NCBI RefSeq assembly: GCF_001194135.2
Contig: NC_068981.1
Location: forward strand, 142,223,246 to 142,287,245
Direction of reading: 5' to 3'
Origin: Octopus bimaculoides
Lineage: Eukaryota
Length of the DNA: 64,000 nucleotides
Part shown: positions 14,677 through 28,640 of the stretch, one piece after another
How the letters are laid out: the number at the start of each line of letters is the position of its first letter
Numbering within the stretch: position 1 is the stretch's first letter
Position numbers and translations under genes: made by a program
Notes under the pieces: model-generated
Told to the model about the DNA's origin: nothing
Seen by the model: only the letters and a program-made list of their open reading frames with translations
Database searches by the model: none

Positions 14677-16429
14677 TGGACACTCATACACACTTACATG
14701 CACACACATATCAGCAAACGTTCACATAAAGATTTCTATATGTTTATTTTCAAAATATTTTCAAAACACGGGTGAAAGACGAGGCCAGCAGTAGTTTTAG
14801 GGCACGAAACTATTTATAGGCAACATCGGTGGTTTGTAATTCATATCGATATATTACTATATTTGTTTATGTAAGCATACACACCCAGATCCATATACGT
14901 CAGCGTATATATACATATATATATATATCATATTTTTGTGTAAGCATATATAAGCGTGTAAGTACGCATGTGTTATATATATTTATATATATCTGATGAA
15001 ACCAACCCAACCATATACAGGGTTTCCCTGCACAAGGTGATTGTTAGGTTTCTTCACTAACGCATAGGCTTGGACAAGGTTTCTTTGTTTTACTTTTAGA
15101 AGAAAGACTAGCTGTGTGTGCGTCTGTGTGTAGGTGTCAATACGTATGTTATGTGTGTGTCAATTATGTTTCTATGCATGGGAAGAAAGCGAAAATATTT
15201 ATTAATGACTTCGGTGCCCTACTTTTGGAATGCACAAAAGGAGGAACTGCTGTTCAAATTCTCAGTAAGCTGCATTCTCTATTTTTATTAATTTGATTCT
15301 GAAAACTTAATTTGTGATTTCACCTTCTTCTTACTAATATTATTAATATTTCATCGGTGTCTCTCATCTTATTCCGTTTTGTCTGCAACGTTGTCGCATA
15401 GTATCGTTGTAGTCTGCTCAATTTAATCTATTAACACTCATCATATCTCACAGCGATCTTTGTCGTTCAGTATTTATCACTACCTACTGTCTCTTTCTAG
15501 CTCTCGGATGAAGCCCTTCACCACAAAAAAATTCCCCGCCTCATCGAAATTACAACTTTCTATCTATGCCTTTATACATCTACTAGAAACAAAGAGATAT
15601 CTAGTATATTGAGCACAACTATAGAATAAAATGACATTTCATTCGCTTCCCGTCTCCAGACTAAAATACAGTCTGTATATATCCATCCTTGGAATGATAT
15701 TTCCTTATCGCGAGCAGCCATTGAATATTTCCACTCTGCTATCACCACTATTGCCCACGTTTCATTTTATTCAACTCTACACAGACTCTTGTTCAATTTC
15801 TTCTCCACCTCTTCCTTCCTCTCCTTCTCCCTGTCTCTTCAGTTCCATCCAAAATCCTCTCAGAATTTCTATGTCATTATAAAAATGTCTTGCAATAAAA
15901 GTCTTTAACAAATAGCTCAAATCTACAATGACACTAAATCGATACCAATAACAGACTCTTTCACATCAGTGTACATACAATAATGCATAAATATATACAA
16001 GCGTGTAAGCACATACATGTATACACATACGTAATGATGCATACTTCACCACACAAGTATTCTCACACACACATAGGCACATATATAAACGCACGCACGC
16101 ACGCACTCATACGAATGAATTCGCAAGCGCACTTTTAATACGCACGGGCATACAAGCCATATGTGTGTGAAAGAGTTGTTCGTTGTGTGTGTCTATCTGT
16201 GACTGCTTGTATGTATGTGGGCCGTTTGTTGCTGAGACAATACGGTTTGTACTGACATAAAGAGCTCATTTGGGTCTGAGAGTTGTTTTGTGTTTGTAAA
16301 TGTGTATATAAATGTGACGTTTGGATATGCGTGTCCATTAGCAGTGATATTTATGGAGCAATTACTTAAGATTTAGTAACTAACAATATTGGTAGCGTCA
16401 AAAAGCGTGTGTATGCGTTGTGTTATATC

Positions 16430-16497
16430 ATGTATGTGTATGCATAAGCGTGCATATACGTATGTGCGTATGTATGTCTGTATGAACGCATATATAT

Positions 16498-16573
<76 letters not shown>

Positions 16574-16588
16574 GTATATATGCATGTG

Positions 16589-16621
<33 letters not shown>

Positions 16622-16690
16622 GCATGTATATATGTATATATATATATTTATATATATATGCATTTATATATGTATGTATATGTATATATA
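16430..16690. repeat. (TA)n-rich tract
   Basis: Direct reading. Confidence 0.9.
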
Positions 16691-17149
16691 CTCTTTGTAT
16701 ATATGTGTGAATGAATGTGTGTATAAATGTACACTACTACAAGCAACCTTTTCCGAAATATACAAAACAAAGGAGTCTATACTCCTCCTCCTGCCACCAC
16801 TACAACTACTCCTACTACTGCTAATTACGCTACTGTTGCTTTTTTATGATTGTTCAGTGACCTCATGTTACAGAACGTTGGACTTGCATAGTTATTTATA
16901 CATTAGGATCACTGGTCCTCGTACGGTAGTTTCCATACAATGCCTTACTTTTACATGTGCTTCACAGCAATGACATTTCATTTCATTTGACTTTATTTTT
17001 GTTTTTTGTTAATTCGTTTTTGCTATCACAGTGTACTTTTTCGTTTCATTTTTGTATCTCAGTCTCATTGAATTTTAATTACTGTACATACTCCTCTTTG
17101 CTTCTGATATTGAGTATATAATTTTGGAAACTTAATCCCTTACTTCTTG

Positions 17150-18200
17150 GGAGCACAATCCCTTATTTCATACCTTTAGTATGTATACTCTATGCACATC
17201 CGTGTTTAACTAAAACATGTGCTGCATAGTGAGGATCTTGTACATTTACGCATCAATTTTATTGATGTCACTGATGATGAACTGCTTTTAATATTAAAGT
17301 TGTAGGTCACAGCAAATATAGCTAAGGTACTCATTACATGAATCCTGTTTCGCGATAATTTCGTTCTTCAGAGCAGCTCTAATTCTACGATAACATTCTT
17401 TTCGTATTCTGCATTTGTGAGCGTTGGATGCCATCCACTTCACATACACCTAAATATTTGTAATTGTCGACGGGATCTAATTCCTTGAGGCTGGTAAACT
17501 TGTCTATTTGCGTGTTGTTCGTTTTCAGGAGTTTTCCCATAAAAAAATGTGGCTCTAAAGCATTTATCAAGGCGAAATCCATTCCAACATCGTCACTGAA
17601 CTGTTTTTACCACAATTAGAGACCGTTCCAGTTCCTGATCATCTTTCGTAAAATGTTTTAAACCATCGATGAAAAGGGTACAATTCATTTGTCTTTCGTA
17701 TTCTCTATACCTATTCGACAGCTTACATAGAAGAATGAAATCCAAGAAAAGAGTAGTGTTTTTGAAGAAACGCCTTAAAGATGTCACAGTTTATGTCCAT
17801 GTCACCGACGTTCATAGTGCCTTCTCTGAATTCTGTATAAGAGTTGTTTTCAATTACTTCATATTCGTCTGAAAATTATCAATAACTAATTGATTTTATA
17901 TATTTCTACACATATCGGAGGCTGTCAAATAATTTTTGTAATCAAACCATGAAGCAGAAAGACATTTACTTTGTTTGTGGTAGTCATCAAGGGCCATTTT
18001 ATTTATTTAAAGTTGGTCTTTACCACCAGCAGATATTAGCTAATTCATAACTAACGATGTTTGATTTGTTGGTAGTCTTTTTCTTCCCCCAGTTTAAATA
18101 TCTTCTGTATTCGATCTGTAAATTGGAAAATACATTGTAGTGTAAGAGGTGTCTACGACGTCCAGTTTCCTTGCTTAGTCCATTTCTCTCTTGAATTTTA
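17150..18200 (-). mobile_element. Degraded R4/Dong-like non-LTR retrotransposon RT fragment
   Basis: LFIDGLKHFTKDDQELE (cf. LYMDDLKLYAKN..ELE), FSDDVGMDF-LDKC, KELDPVDNYKYLGVCEVDGIQ, VTYNFNI; many frameshifts. Confidence 0.7.
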
Positions 18201-18544
18201 CTTTATCAGATCAAGATGGTGTGTATGAATGTTCCCATATTTACACTATTGTCTTTCAGAGTGCTTTATTCCGATTTCTGAACAGTTAAGGGGATTTGGT
18301 AATTTTCACTTCTAATTAAAGATATTGAACTTAGTTTTTAATGAAACCGAAATATTCGTTCAGTTTTCTTATCTACGACTACTGAAAGGTAATTGGACAC
18401 AATATAAGCCTAAGTTATTTTTATTCCTTATCTTCAAACATTTATGCGATACCCTATCGACTTCATAAACCTCGGTTCGAAAGATGACAATAGCTGCACT
18501 TTGTTTTATAATTGGTTCTAATTCTTATTAGCATATCTGATTTA

Positions 18545-18752
18545 GAAGGCATCAGCTGCAGTAATTTGGGGTTGGGGGAATGAGACTAGTCGATTACATC
18601 GACCCGCAGTGTTGCACTGGTACTTAATTTATCGACCCCGAAAGGATGAAAGGCAAAGTCAACCTCGGCGGAATTTGAACTCAGAATGTAGCAGCAGACG
18701 AAATTCGGCTAAGCATTTCGGCCGGCGCGATAACGATTCTACCAGCTCACCA
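18545..18752 (-). mobile_element. SINE family A
   Basis: Well-conserved ggtacttaatttatcgaccccgaaaggatgaaaggcaaagtcaacctcggcggaatttgaactcagaa. Confidence 0.88.
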
Positions 18753-20723
18753 ACAAAGCAGCAATAACAGCAAGCAAATAAGAGACTAATATCACTCACA
18801 CCCACACACAGATACACAGGAGTATGCATATATGCATGCGTGTGTATTCCCTGCAGCATCTAATTAAGGTCTCTATGATTTAAAATTCATCGAAGCCAGT
18901 TTGCCTTTTCAACATACATGTATCGATGAAAGAAAACCAGTTACTACATTGATTTCATTAGTTTGTCCTTGTGTTTATATCGCAAACAATATTACCTCAT
19001 CTGTCACTTGAAACCATACTGAAATTTGCACTTGCCCTATTTAATGTATATCAAAATTATAATTCACCTGCTAAACACTGAGCACTTTCTTTGTTTTCTT
19101 GTTTACTCTCACTCCCTCTTTCTTTCACCTCACTCATATTTTCCTTTCCTTCTCAATAGTCGTTTATATACTGTCTTCTGCTGACTTCACTTAGGCATCC
19201 GTCAACGAATCTGATCTGTGTTTCGATTTGACTAGTTATAGCGTTATGACTGTTGACAGATTACTTAGCACATTCAACAAGGTCTGTTAGAGGTTTAATC
19301 CTTTTCAATTATAGCTTGTTAATTTCTTCCTAATTTTTGTACATTGATACTTTATATTTCCCGTTTCTTTTAAACAGCCCGGTTGTTGGTGACATGCTCA
19401 GCGCTTTGTTGTTACTCTATATTTCCAAATAACAAACATTACATGATTTAGTGATTATCTGATGAATCTTACAATCTTAGCAATCTATTCTCAGTTGTAG
19501 CAGACGACTGCTTTCCGTTGGCAATTTCCTTCATTCTAAATACTGATTTTAGATCTGATTGTACCTCAGTGAATTTATGTTGTGAAAATGTAGAAAGATC
19601 ACATCATGCACCTTTTCTTGAAAAAGACTAGGGCTAAGCGTTGATAGATATCGATAAAGGAGAAAAGAACATTTCAGACAGTAAAATAGTGTTAAAGTAT
19701 TTAAATATTTTCAACAATGAATTAATAAGTCATTCATTTTATCACTTCTTAAAAGTATTTGTTTTATGTGTTTTTTTCTCTAATTTCTATTCTTATGCGT
19801 TATCTAAACAAACTAAAGGTGATAAATCGTTTATTTTGCTCACAGACAATAAACAAACTCTAGGCTTTGAGTTAAATCTGAGAAAAATTACGCTGAACAA
19901 TTAATTACAAAATATTAAGCAAGTTTAAAACACATTTGTTATAGAAAAAATATCTGACGCAGAAGTTGAATTTAATAAATTAATAATCTTTGCTGCACGC
20001 ACATTTGATATCAAAATATATTTCATACATTTCTTTGGTTTAAATTGGGAATATATAGCGCGTCAAAAGATCATGAGACCCCTTCTTCAAATTATGTATT
20101 TGAGGTACCTAAGGTAGTAGGGGTAATGGAAAATGATACTTGGAAACTTTATTAGAGGTTGTCACGTGACGATAGGACATATTTTATTTGTAACACATAA
20201 TAAATGTGCTTGTTATAGCCCTAGTTGCTTGCGCTTAGGATACGTCTCATCGTTATGAAACACTCTAGTATATGAGGTACAAAAATCAATTAATAATGTT
20301 ACTCTACTTTCGGTGCTAAACTAATACTTCTTATGATATTTCCTCACTGTAAGATAAATGGATACCTTATGTTTTAGTCTATGGATACTTAATGAGAAAT
20401 ATGACTGGATCAAAACTACTAAGGATCCTGTTAGTGATTAGACATTCTACTCACTCATGCATTCACATAAGTAAATTAGTATCGGTTTCATGGGAATTTG
20501 TTTCTTTATAATACTAAAGTTAAATCAGGAAATATGAACGTGATGAAAGAGATTTTTAATATTGCTTAGAATCTTACCAGTTTCTAATATCGTGTGCCCA
20601 TTCGTATCAAAAGTAAATCACATATTTGCTCCATTGAAGAAAAGAACGATTTTGTGTGCATACGTTTGTATTTAAACCTGCACATTGTGTATATATAGGC
20701 ATATATCAGTGAACGGTTACATC

Positions 20724-20734
20724 TCTCTCTGTCG

Positions 20735-20769
<35 letters not shown>
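20724..20769. repeat. (CT)n tract directly before an ATG in strong context
   Basis: Direct reading. Confidence 0.9.
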
Positions 20770-20771
<2 letters not shown>

Positions 20772-23146
20772 TACTATGGCGTACATTTTGTATAATGTGG
20801 TACTGAGTATGATCCGATCTGCGTCTTACATTATTCTAGTAACCTTTATACTTTTCGTGTTTGAGCAGCAATCGAGTGAATTGTACCCGACTTGTGGTTT
20901 AAATTGCCAGTGTTGTTGCACACAATATTTATCCGAGTCTACCTCGTTTGGATATGAAAGGTAGAAGTGAATGTGGAATAGTGAACCAACTGTACAATAA
21001 GTAGAAATACGGTATATGTATATAAAGTTGAAAAACCTATCGATGTGTGTTGCTTTGTAAGTGCATATTTAAGAGTGTCTGTGTTTCTGAACTGTAAATA
21101 ACCTATAAAAGTTAGTTTATGGGCTTGTATGTATAGATGTGCTTATATATTTCCAAGCACAATATCGGTGTGTGTTACGTGTGTGCAGCTAATTGTATAT
21201 CAACAATATTATGAATAACTTCATAAGTGAATATGCCTCCTTTGCCTGCCTATGTATGTGTGTCTGTCTAGGTGTGTGTGTGTGTGTGAGTGTGTTAGTG
21301 GCATTGATCTTACATTCGTTTCATTTGTTTATGTGTTGGCATGTGATTTTGTATTAGCGTATGTCAGTATATTAAATTGACAGTACGTAGTTAGGTAGTG
21401 TTTGAGTTTCTGTGTCTTTATGTTTCAATACACCAGGATCATTACTGATTCTTGTAGTGATTCTGCTTGTGAATATGTGTACTGTTCGTTTGTGTGAATA
21501 TGCGTGTATAAACATATTGAATGAGACAGACTATCATTGATAGATGTTTACATGTCTATTTATGTGAATACTATGCATACATGAATGAATATGTCATGTT
21601 CGAAAACAAGTTAATGCATGGCTAGGATATCTTAACTCTGTGCGTGTGTACATATATGTGAGAGTAATATATTGCCTGCTTTACTCTTCGCAAGATATAA
21701 CGTGCATATGAATATATCATTTGTAGATAATATGCTCTGGCATTGTATTTATAGTATAACACACACTCAGACACAGACATACACAGCATGTATGCGCCAT
21801 ATATATGCAGTGTGTGCTTAGCAATACATTTGTAATTGATGTACTTGATAAACTAATTACTTGCATGTATCAGTAAGTGACTAGATATGCATCAGGGTAT
21901 TTTTGTGTTTGAGTGACTATGAATGTATATATTTATGTGTGTTTGTGCTCGTGTAATAATAGTTCTATGTGTACATATATGCAAGAGCAACATTGTATGA
22001 CTTAAAGTGTATGATATCATATGTATAATATATATATGTGAATATATCGTGCGTCAAGGCATTTCTATATAATATATGTATGTTTGTATGTATGTATGAG
22101 TGTATGTATGCATGCATGTATTTGCTGAGTTTACTCTTGAATATGGTGATTTGTATCTATATCCGAATATAACATGGAATAAAACATTATGAAATGGTTC
22201 AGTGCACTTCTGAGAAATATCATGTGTATATGAGTAAATTTAAATGCGTGACAAATGTATTGCATGGTATGATTCAAGGCTTGATGTGTGAATGCATGCA
22301 TTGCATTTATCTAGGTATATAAATATACAGATATATACGTGAAAATGTATATGTGTAATATGTATGTGCATTTGTACATGATGCAATGAATACATAAATA
22401 TATTCATTTCTAATTTAGGCATAATGCCAGACATTTTTGAGAAAGGAAGCAGTACATTTTATTAACCTAACTGACTGCACATTATTTCATAGGTCCGCTG
22501 ACCTCCACAAGATTTGAATTCACCACAAAAAGAGTCGTAATTAAACATCGGAAGGCATTTTCAAATCCGATGCTCTACAAATGTTTTGAATCAATCGGTG
22601 AAGCCTCAGAAAGCTTGTTGACTTCCTCGAAATTATGCCCAAATATCCTGGATATTAGTCCTTATCGGATGGCGCAGTTATGTATTGACTACAGATGTGA
22701 TGGTACAATCATGGTTTAATGCATGTGGCTAGCCTCGGGCTAGCCAACAAAATCAGAGGCGTCAGTATATTCCCCAAACGAGAGGCGTGCTAACGATTCT
22801 GCCAGTTCCCCGATTTAATCGTGATAATAATAAGGATAATGATGATAGTTGAGTGTGATACTTCAACAGAGACGCTGATAGAAAAAAGTTTATATTTGAG
22901 GTAAACAAACGTTGTTTTCATATATGTATCGCTGTATTTTTTCATTGCATTCCACAAACCTGTTCGCAAACAATTACCTAATGACTTATTCGAGTGTGAG
23001 TCATTGAAGAATATGTATTTGGGAAAAATGTTTTATTGTTCGGTACGTGTGAGGTCATTTATTTACACCAATATGCACACACACACACACATATATGTGC
23101 ATATCATGTATGTCTTCTATGATAGTATTTGTTTATACTAATAAAC

Positions 23147-23192
<46 letters not shown>

Positions 23193-23407
23193 NNNNNNNN
23201 NNNNNNNNNNNNNNNNNNNNNNNNNNNNNNNNNNNNNNNNNNNNNNNNNNNNNNNNNNNNNNNNNNNNNNNNNNNNNNNNNNNNNNNNNNNNNNNNNNNN
23301 NNNNNNNNNNNNNNNNNNNNNNNNNNNNNNNNNNNNNNNNNNNNNNNNNNNNNNNNNNNNNNNNNNNNNNNNNNNNNNNNNNNNNNNNNNNNNNNNNNNN
23401 NNNNNNN

Positions 23408-24664
23408 GGTACGGTGAATAAACTGTTGTCAAAATTACGCAAAAATGAAAATAATACTGACATCTCATTTTAACTGATATATTAACCAAAATTATAAAAA
23501 TATTTTAAAATTCGAAAGAGAAAAGCAACTCAATAAGGTCGCTATTGGCTTTAATCACGACCACCAGACGACTTGGGAATATCATGCCACTCTTGTGGTC
23601 GGTCTCCATCTTTACGTTGGTGAATGCTGCCGTAATCCTTGCCTTCAGTTCATCTTTGGTGTTACAATAAGTTTTGTTGGTCTCATGCACAATTGAGCCC
23701 CACACATAATAATCAAGGGGGTTGTAGTGTGGGGATTTAGGTGGTCTGATATTAGGGGTGATGTAGTTGAAGAAATTGTCTGAGTCCTCCTGCTTGGGTG
23801 GCATGGCTCAGAGTCCTGTTGCCAGACATAGGGTCTTCCAGTAGCCACCCTCTTGACCCAAGGTACTACTACCTCCTCCAGGCACTTGCTGAAGACCTCC
23901 TTGTTAAGTTTGAGGCTATGTGGGAAGATGAATGGCGGTATAACGTCGCCATCACTAGAGATCACTCCAAACACGAATGATTTTTATCACTCTCGGTACA
24001 TGTTTTGGGGACACTGCAAGCCAATGATTGTTCTGTGTTTTCACCATTGATACTGGCAGATTTTCTTCTCGTCTGAGAAAAAACAAAACATGTTCATTTG
24101 GAGGGGATGCTTGAGTTTGTTCGAAAGTTTCGTAGCGTTGTCTGTCCTCTTGTCCTTAATGGCTTGTGATAAAATTGGCAATTTTTCTTCTTGTTTGAGG
24201 AATACAAATGTCTTCATGCACTACCTGCCTCATAAGAATCTCAGGCATTCTCATGTCCTTGGTGATGGATCTGATTGGCTTCCAGGGATCGTTGTCAATC
24301 ATCGCCTTGATCTTAGTAACAAATTCAGGAGTTCTTTTCTTATCAGAGTGTGACTTTTCCGAGCTGCCGTACCTTCGTGATCACCAGGTGACTCATCGAA
24401 CTCTTTCCGAATTCTCTGCTCTGCCTGAGATTGATACCCAAACACTCAGAGATGCATGTATTGGCGCTTCCGGCGCGAATGCCAAGCACTACAGCATATC
24501 GCTTTCAAATTTTGGCGGAGTGAATTACATCACGGTGTTGTTTTTCTCAAAGAGGGTGCCTAACTAAGCCTACTATACTGTGTAGTCAACAAAATCAAAA
24601 ACAAACAATGCGCATGCGCGAAATAAAAGGTAGAGAATGACCATAATTTATCCATCGCACCCTG
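23408..24664 (-). mobile_element. Near full-length degraded Tc1/mariner DNA transposon, maT (DD37D)-like
   Basis: Minus-strand pieces KRYAVVLGIRAGSANTCISECLG, FSDEK, MFGVISSDGDVIPPFIFP..WQQDSEPCH, RPPKSPHYNPLDYYVWG..RLVVVIKANSDLIE. Terminus cagggtgcgatggataaattatggtca with TA at 24665-66; a similar sequence (17/24) lies at the gap edge 23408-23431. Frameshifts and stops present. Confidence 0.9.
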
Positions 24665-25703
24665 TATGTTTGTATGTACATATATACATATTTGTGTACG
24701 TATAAGTATATATATATATTACACGTTTATAAGGGATGACCACTAAGTGGACATCCAATATGCTAGAAAGTTGTCATCAACGACCCAACCACAAAGAAAA
24801 ATAATGTTCTCCAGAAAAATTTCGCAAAACACCAGAACAGGACAGGACATAATGAGAAATATACAGAATAAAGAATTAGCTATGTATCTATATAAAAAAA
24901 ATATATATATATATATATATATANNNNNNNNNNNNNNNNNNNNNNNNNNNNNNNNNNNNNNNNNNNNNNNNNNNNNNNNNNNNNNNNNNNNNNNNTATAT
25001 ATGTATATATATATATATATATATATGTGTATATTTCTATGTATATATGATTATATGTTTGTCTGTATCTACATTGATATTAGTGTTTGTATGTGTGAGT
25101 GATCTGTGTGTATATGTACTCTCGTGGTATAATTATAGGCGATTGTACACGCTTTTCCATTTTATATTTTTCAATGAAAAATCTATACAAGCTGTCGAAC
25201 ACATAGTCTCCTATATATGTACACGTGTGTGTAAGTATGTACTTACCTGTTAGTTTGTGTTTGCATTTGTCATTGTTTATTTACACGCGTGTCAATATAT
25301 ACGTTTCTATGATTCATTCTTTGTATTATCCTTGCGGAAAGATTTCTTCGTATCAGAGTCACTTACAAAATACTCTTTCTCATTTATATTTCTGAACGTT
25401 GAATTGATTTCTAAACCAAACAATTTCCTATATATAAATTTATCATAAAAATACAATCCATTTTATTTCTATCTCATATATATGTAAGCCCACAACTAAA
25501 CTACGAAATTATGTTCAGAGAACAGATGTTTCCTTTTAACCGCTTGTAGATTTTATTTTAAATGAAATAAAAGTTTTACTCCGTATAAATGCCTCGCAAC
25601 AAAAAGAAATGCACACACCTGCTTGTCTGTGTGTATGTATAATGCACACACTCACGCGCACATACATAAGTGTATGTAGATGTGTGTGTGTGTATGTGTG
25701 TGT

Positions 25704-25756
<53 letters not shown>

Positions 25757-26034
25757 CATACATTATATACATGTATGCTCCACTGGCTAGCAATAACACT
25801 GTTAGACACTACCTAATAAAATGCACAAGATGTGCAAACATCAAGACTATATATTTATTTATATATTTCATGACTTGTTTCGAATTTATCGATCGTGTCA
25901 AACTAACACTCAGTTATTGTTCTGACAGGTAGAATAAGATCGAAACATTCCACAGTTGATCACTTTATCATTAAACATAGACAGACATACGAATATGTAT
26001 GTAAGTATGTATATATGTAGAAATATGTGTGTGC

Positions 26035-26078
<44 letters not shown>

Positions 26079-26099
26079 GAAGGTGCAGTCCATTAGTAT

Positions 26100-26230
26100 C
26101 TTTAAAAGTAGTCAACATGTACTTATTTTATCGATCCCTTGAAGAGTAGACAGTAACGTAAGTTATGGAATATTTGAATTCAGAACGTAAGGGCCCATAA
26201 CTTCGTGCTTTAAAGCATTCCGACCGACAT
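26100..26230 (-). mobile_element. Old SINE family A-like remnant
   Basis: gtacttattttatcgatccc..atttgaattcagaacgtaa. Confidence 0.45.
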
Positions 26231-27156
26231 TTTACTGACAAGTCTTCTCCATTGATCTGTTAATATTTATAATAACAAGTGTGTATATACAAACAAGAAT
26301 GGTGCCATCAGTATAACAACACGGTCGTTAATGCACTTCTGCTAATATTATACTTCAGCATCGATGAAACAATGAATGATTAAAATGAATATTAACTAAA
26401 GAAATTTTTAATGGAACCTCTGTAGATAATATAGTATCTTATTTTGATATTATCGCTGATTGTAAGATATGGGTTTTGTAATGTTAACGTTTTTAACAAA
26501 AGTCAAGGAACGCCCAAGTGTAAAGGCAAATTTAGAGATAGCAACCAATCAAACTTTACATAATACACCATCAGTTTTATTAATGCAAAGAGAAATACTA
26601 TGGGTAATTTTGTTGTATATTACTTACTAAAACATACAATATGACTATGGATAGAATATCTCTGATCATGGCACTAATTCGTTGGAGCTGCAATCTTGTG
26701 AATGCAGAACCTCTGCCTAGCTATTCGATCAACTAAATATAGAATTAAATTTCCCTCAAATGAAATTCTACCAGGTTATTTTAATACGGAATATACATTC
26801 TTTAAAATTACTCTCCAACAAAGAAATAGAACTTTTAGAATGCGTGTACTTTTCGAAAATAAGATCCAAATTAAAAAAAAAGAATAAGGAAAATTAAAAT
26901 CAGGAAATCAAGCAGCATCGTGATAATTCTAGTACACACAATTCAGGTTGAAATTAACGAAGGCAAGAAATGAAGAATCATTACCAAATATACAGACTAT
27001 CGACTAGAAAAACAAAGCAAGCAACAGGATGTAAATCCAAACTACACTTACGAAAATTAAATCATAGAGGAATGCGAGGACGTTATTAGCAGAGATCTTT
27101 GACTAGAGTTTTGTCTATGACAATAATATAAAACTGCTGAAATAATCATAATCTAT

Positions 27157-27208
<52 letters not shown>

Positions 27209-27333
27209 TCTGTCTGTGAGACATTTTATGGTAGAGGCATAGTATTTAACTATTATTTCTAAATTTCGGTATGTGGTGAAGCAATTTGCTGAGCACTAAT
27301 TATAATTATGCTTATAATTATAGAATTTCTGTA

Positions 27334-28047
27334 TATGCAGTGCGTGAGAAAACCTGGCAAGCCAAGTGATGCCATAATACGTGGCCTCTGCCAGGAGTGT
27401 ACCCAGCTCACTTATTCGTATCTTTACCTCATTGGACACTAAACTCTGCTTGCGAAGCCCTATTGAGGCAAGTGAAACCGAAATTGAACCAAATTCGACG
27501 ACTGGTACCCATGCCAACCTCACCTTCATTGGACACTAAATTCTGCTTGTGAAGACCTGTTGGGGCAAGTGAAATCGGAATCGTTATTGAACCATATTCG
27601 ATGACTAGCACCTATGCCAGTGGAGCACTAACAGCACCGTCCGAGCGTGATCATTGCCAGAGCAGCTGTCTGGCTTCCGTGCCAGTGGCGCGTAAATAGC
27701 ACCGTTTGAGCGTGATCGTTACAAGTGTCACCTTACTGGCACTTGTGCCGGTGGCACGTTAGAAAACAGTGAGGTCGTTGAAAGTGCCGCTGGACTGACT
27801 CCTGTGCAGGTGGCACGTAAAAAAACACCATTTTGAGCGTGGCCGTTTCCAGTACCGCCTGACTGGCCAACTACACTCTCGGAGTGGTTGGCGTTAGGAA
27901 GGGCATCCAGCTGTAGAAACTCTGCTAGATCAGATTGGAGCCTGGTGCAGCCATCCGGTTTGCCAGTCCTCAGTCAAATCGTCCAACCCATGCTAGCATG
28001 GAAAGCGGACGTTAAACGATGATGATGATGATGATGATGATGATGAT
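27334..28047 (+). mobile_element. 3' end of an RTE-type LINE (or RTE-tailed non-autonomous element) with internal tandem repeats and (GAT)n tail
   Basis: Begins with codons YAVREKTWQAK*; then two about 97-bp units, several gccggtggcacgtaaaaagcacc-like units, the tail ggcgttaggaagggcatccagctgtagaaac..ccatgctagcatggaaagcggacgttaaac, and (gat)n. Confidence 0.7.
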
Positions 28048-28479
28048 ATGAGCCAGCGAAAAATGCTCAGAAAGATAAAAAGTTGACGATAAACTAGCGA
28101 GTACTTTGCAAAACGTATGATGAATGAACATTTTTGGACATATAGATACTTATAGATACCGTTTTATCTGTAGAAATAAAAGGAGAATCTGGAAAGATTG
28201 TAAATGTGTGTAGCACCACAAATAAACACAAGTATACCATACATACAGTTTAATAAGTGAAAAATCTCGTAGATGCAGAGAAAAAAGGATGTTCTGTATT
28301 TTTAATCCATATTTTTTTAGAAGATAATGTCTCCATTGCTTTTCTGTGCGATATTAACACATTTCAGTAACATAAATATTAGACAGAAAATTGGCAGACG
28401 TACTATCATGTAATAATGAAATTTCCCTTGAATATAGATGTCTTTCAGGTTTATGCTTGGGGGTGGGGGGTCAAAGAAG

Positions 28480-28640
28480 ACAGGAATTCAAAAGTGAAAA
28501 TTGTTATGAAGTCATTTTCAAAAAATGCACGAAAACCGCTGGGGAGATAATACAATTTACGAAAACCTGTAACGTTATACTAGATAATGAGAGTGACATC
28601 TGAATTTGACCAACAACTTGAGAATTAATACTAAAGACTA
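28480..28640 (+). mobile_element. Possible short R4/Dong-like LINE remnant
   Basis: ENCYEVIFKK..TKTCNVILDNESDI weakly resembles KCAKxTFKKGKL..NIxLD..TxIKELD. Confidence 0.3.

Noticed and set aside
27426-27870. Regularly spaced repeats superficially like a CRISPR array
   Set aside because: Eukaryotic context; the units are diverged tandem modules without unique spacers, inside a retroelement 3' end.
28168-28188. Strong-looking minus-strand acceptor ttctccttttatttctacag
   Set aside because: No convincing open frame or donor downstream; lies among LINE debris.
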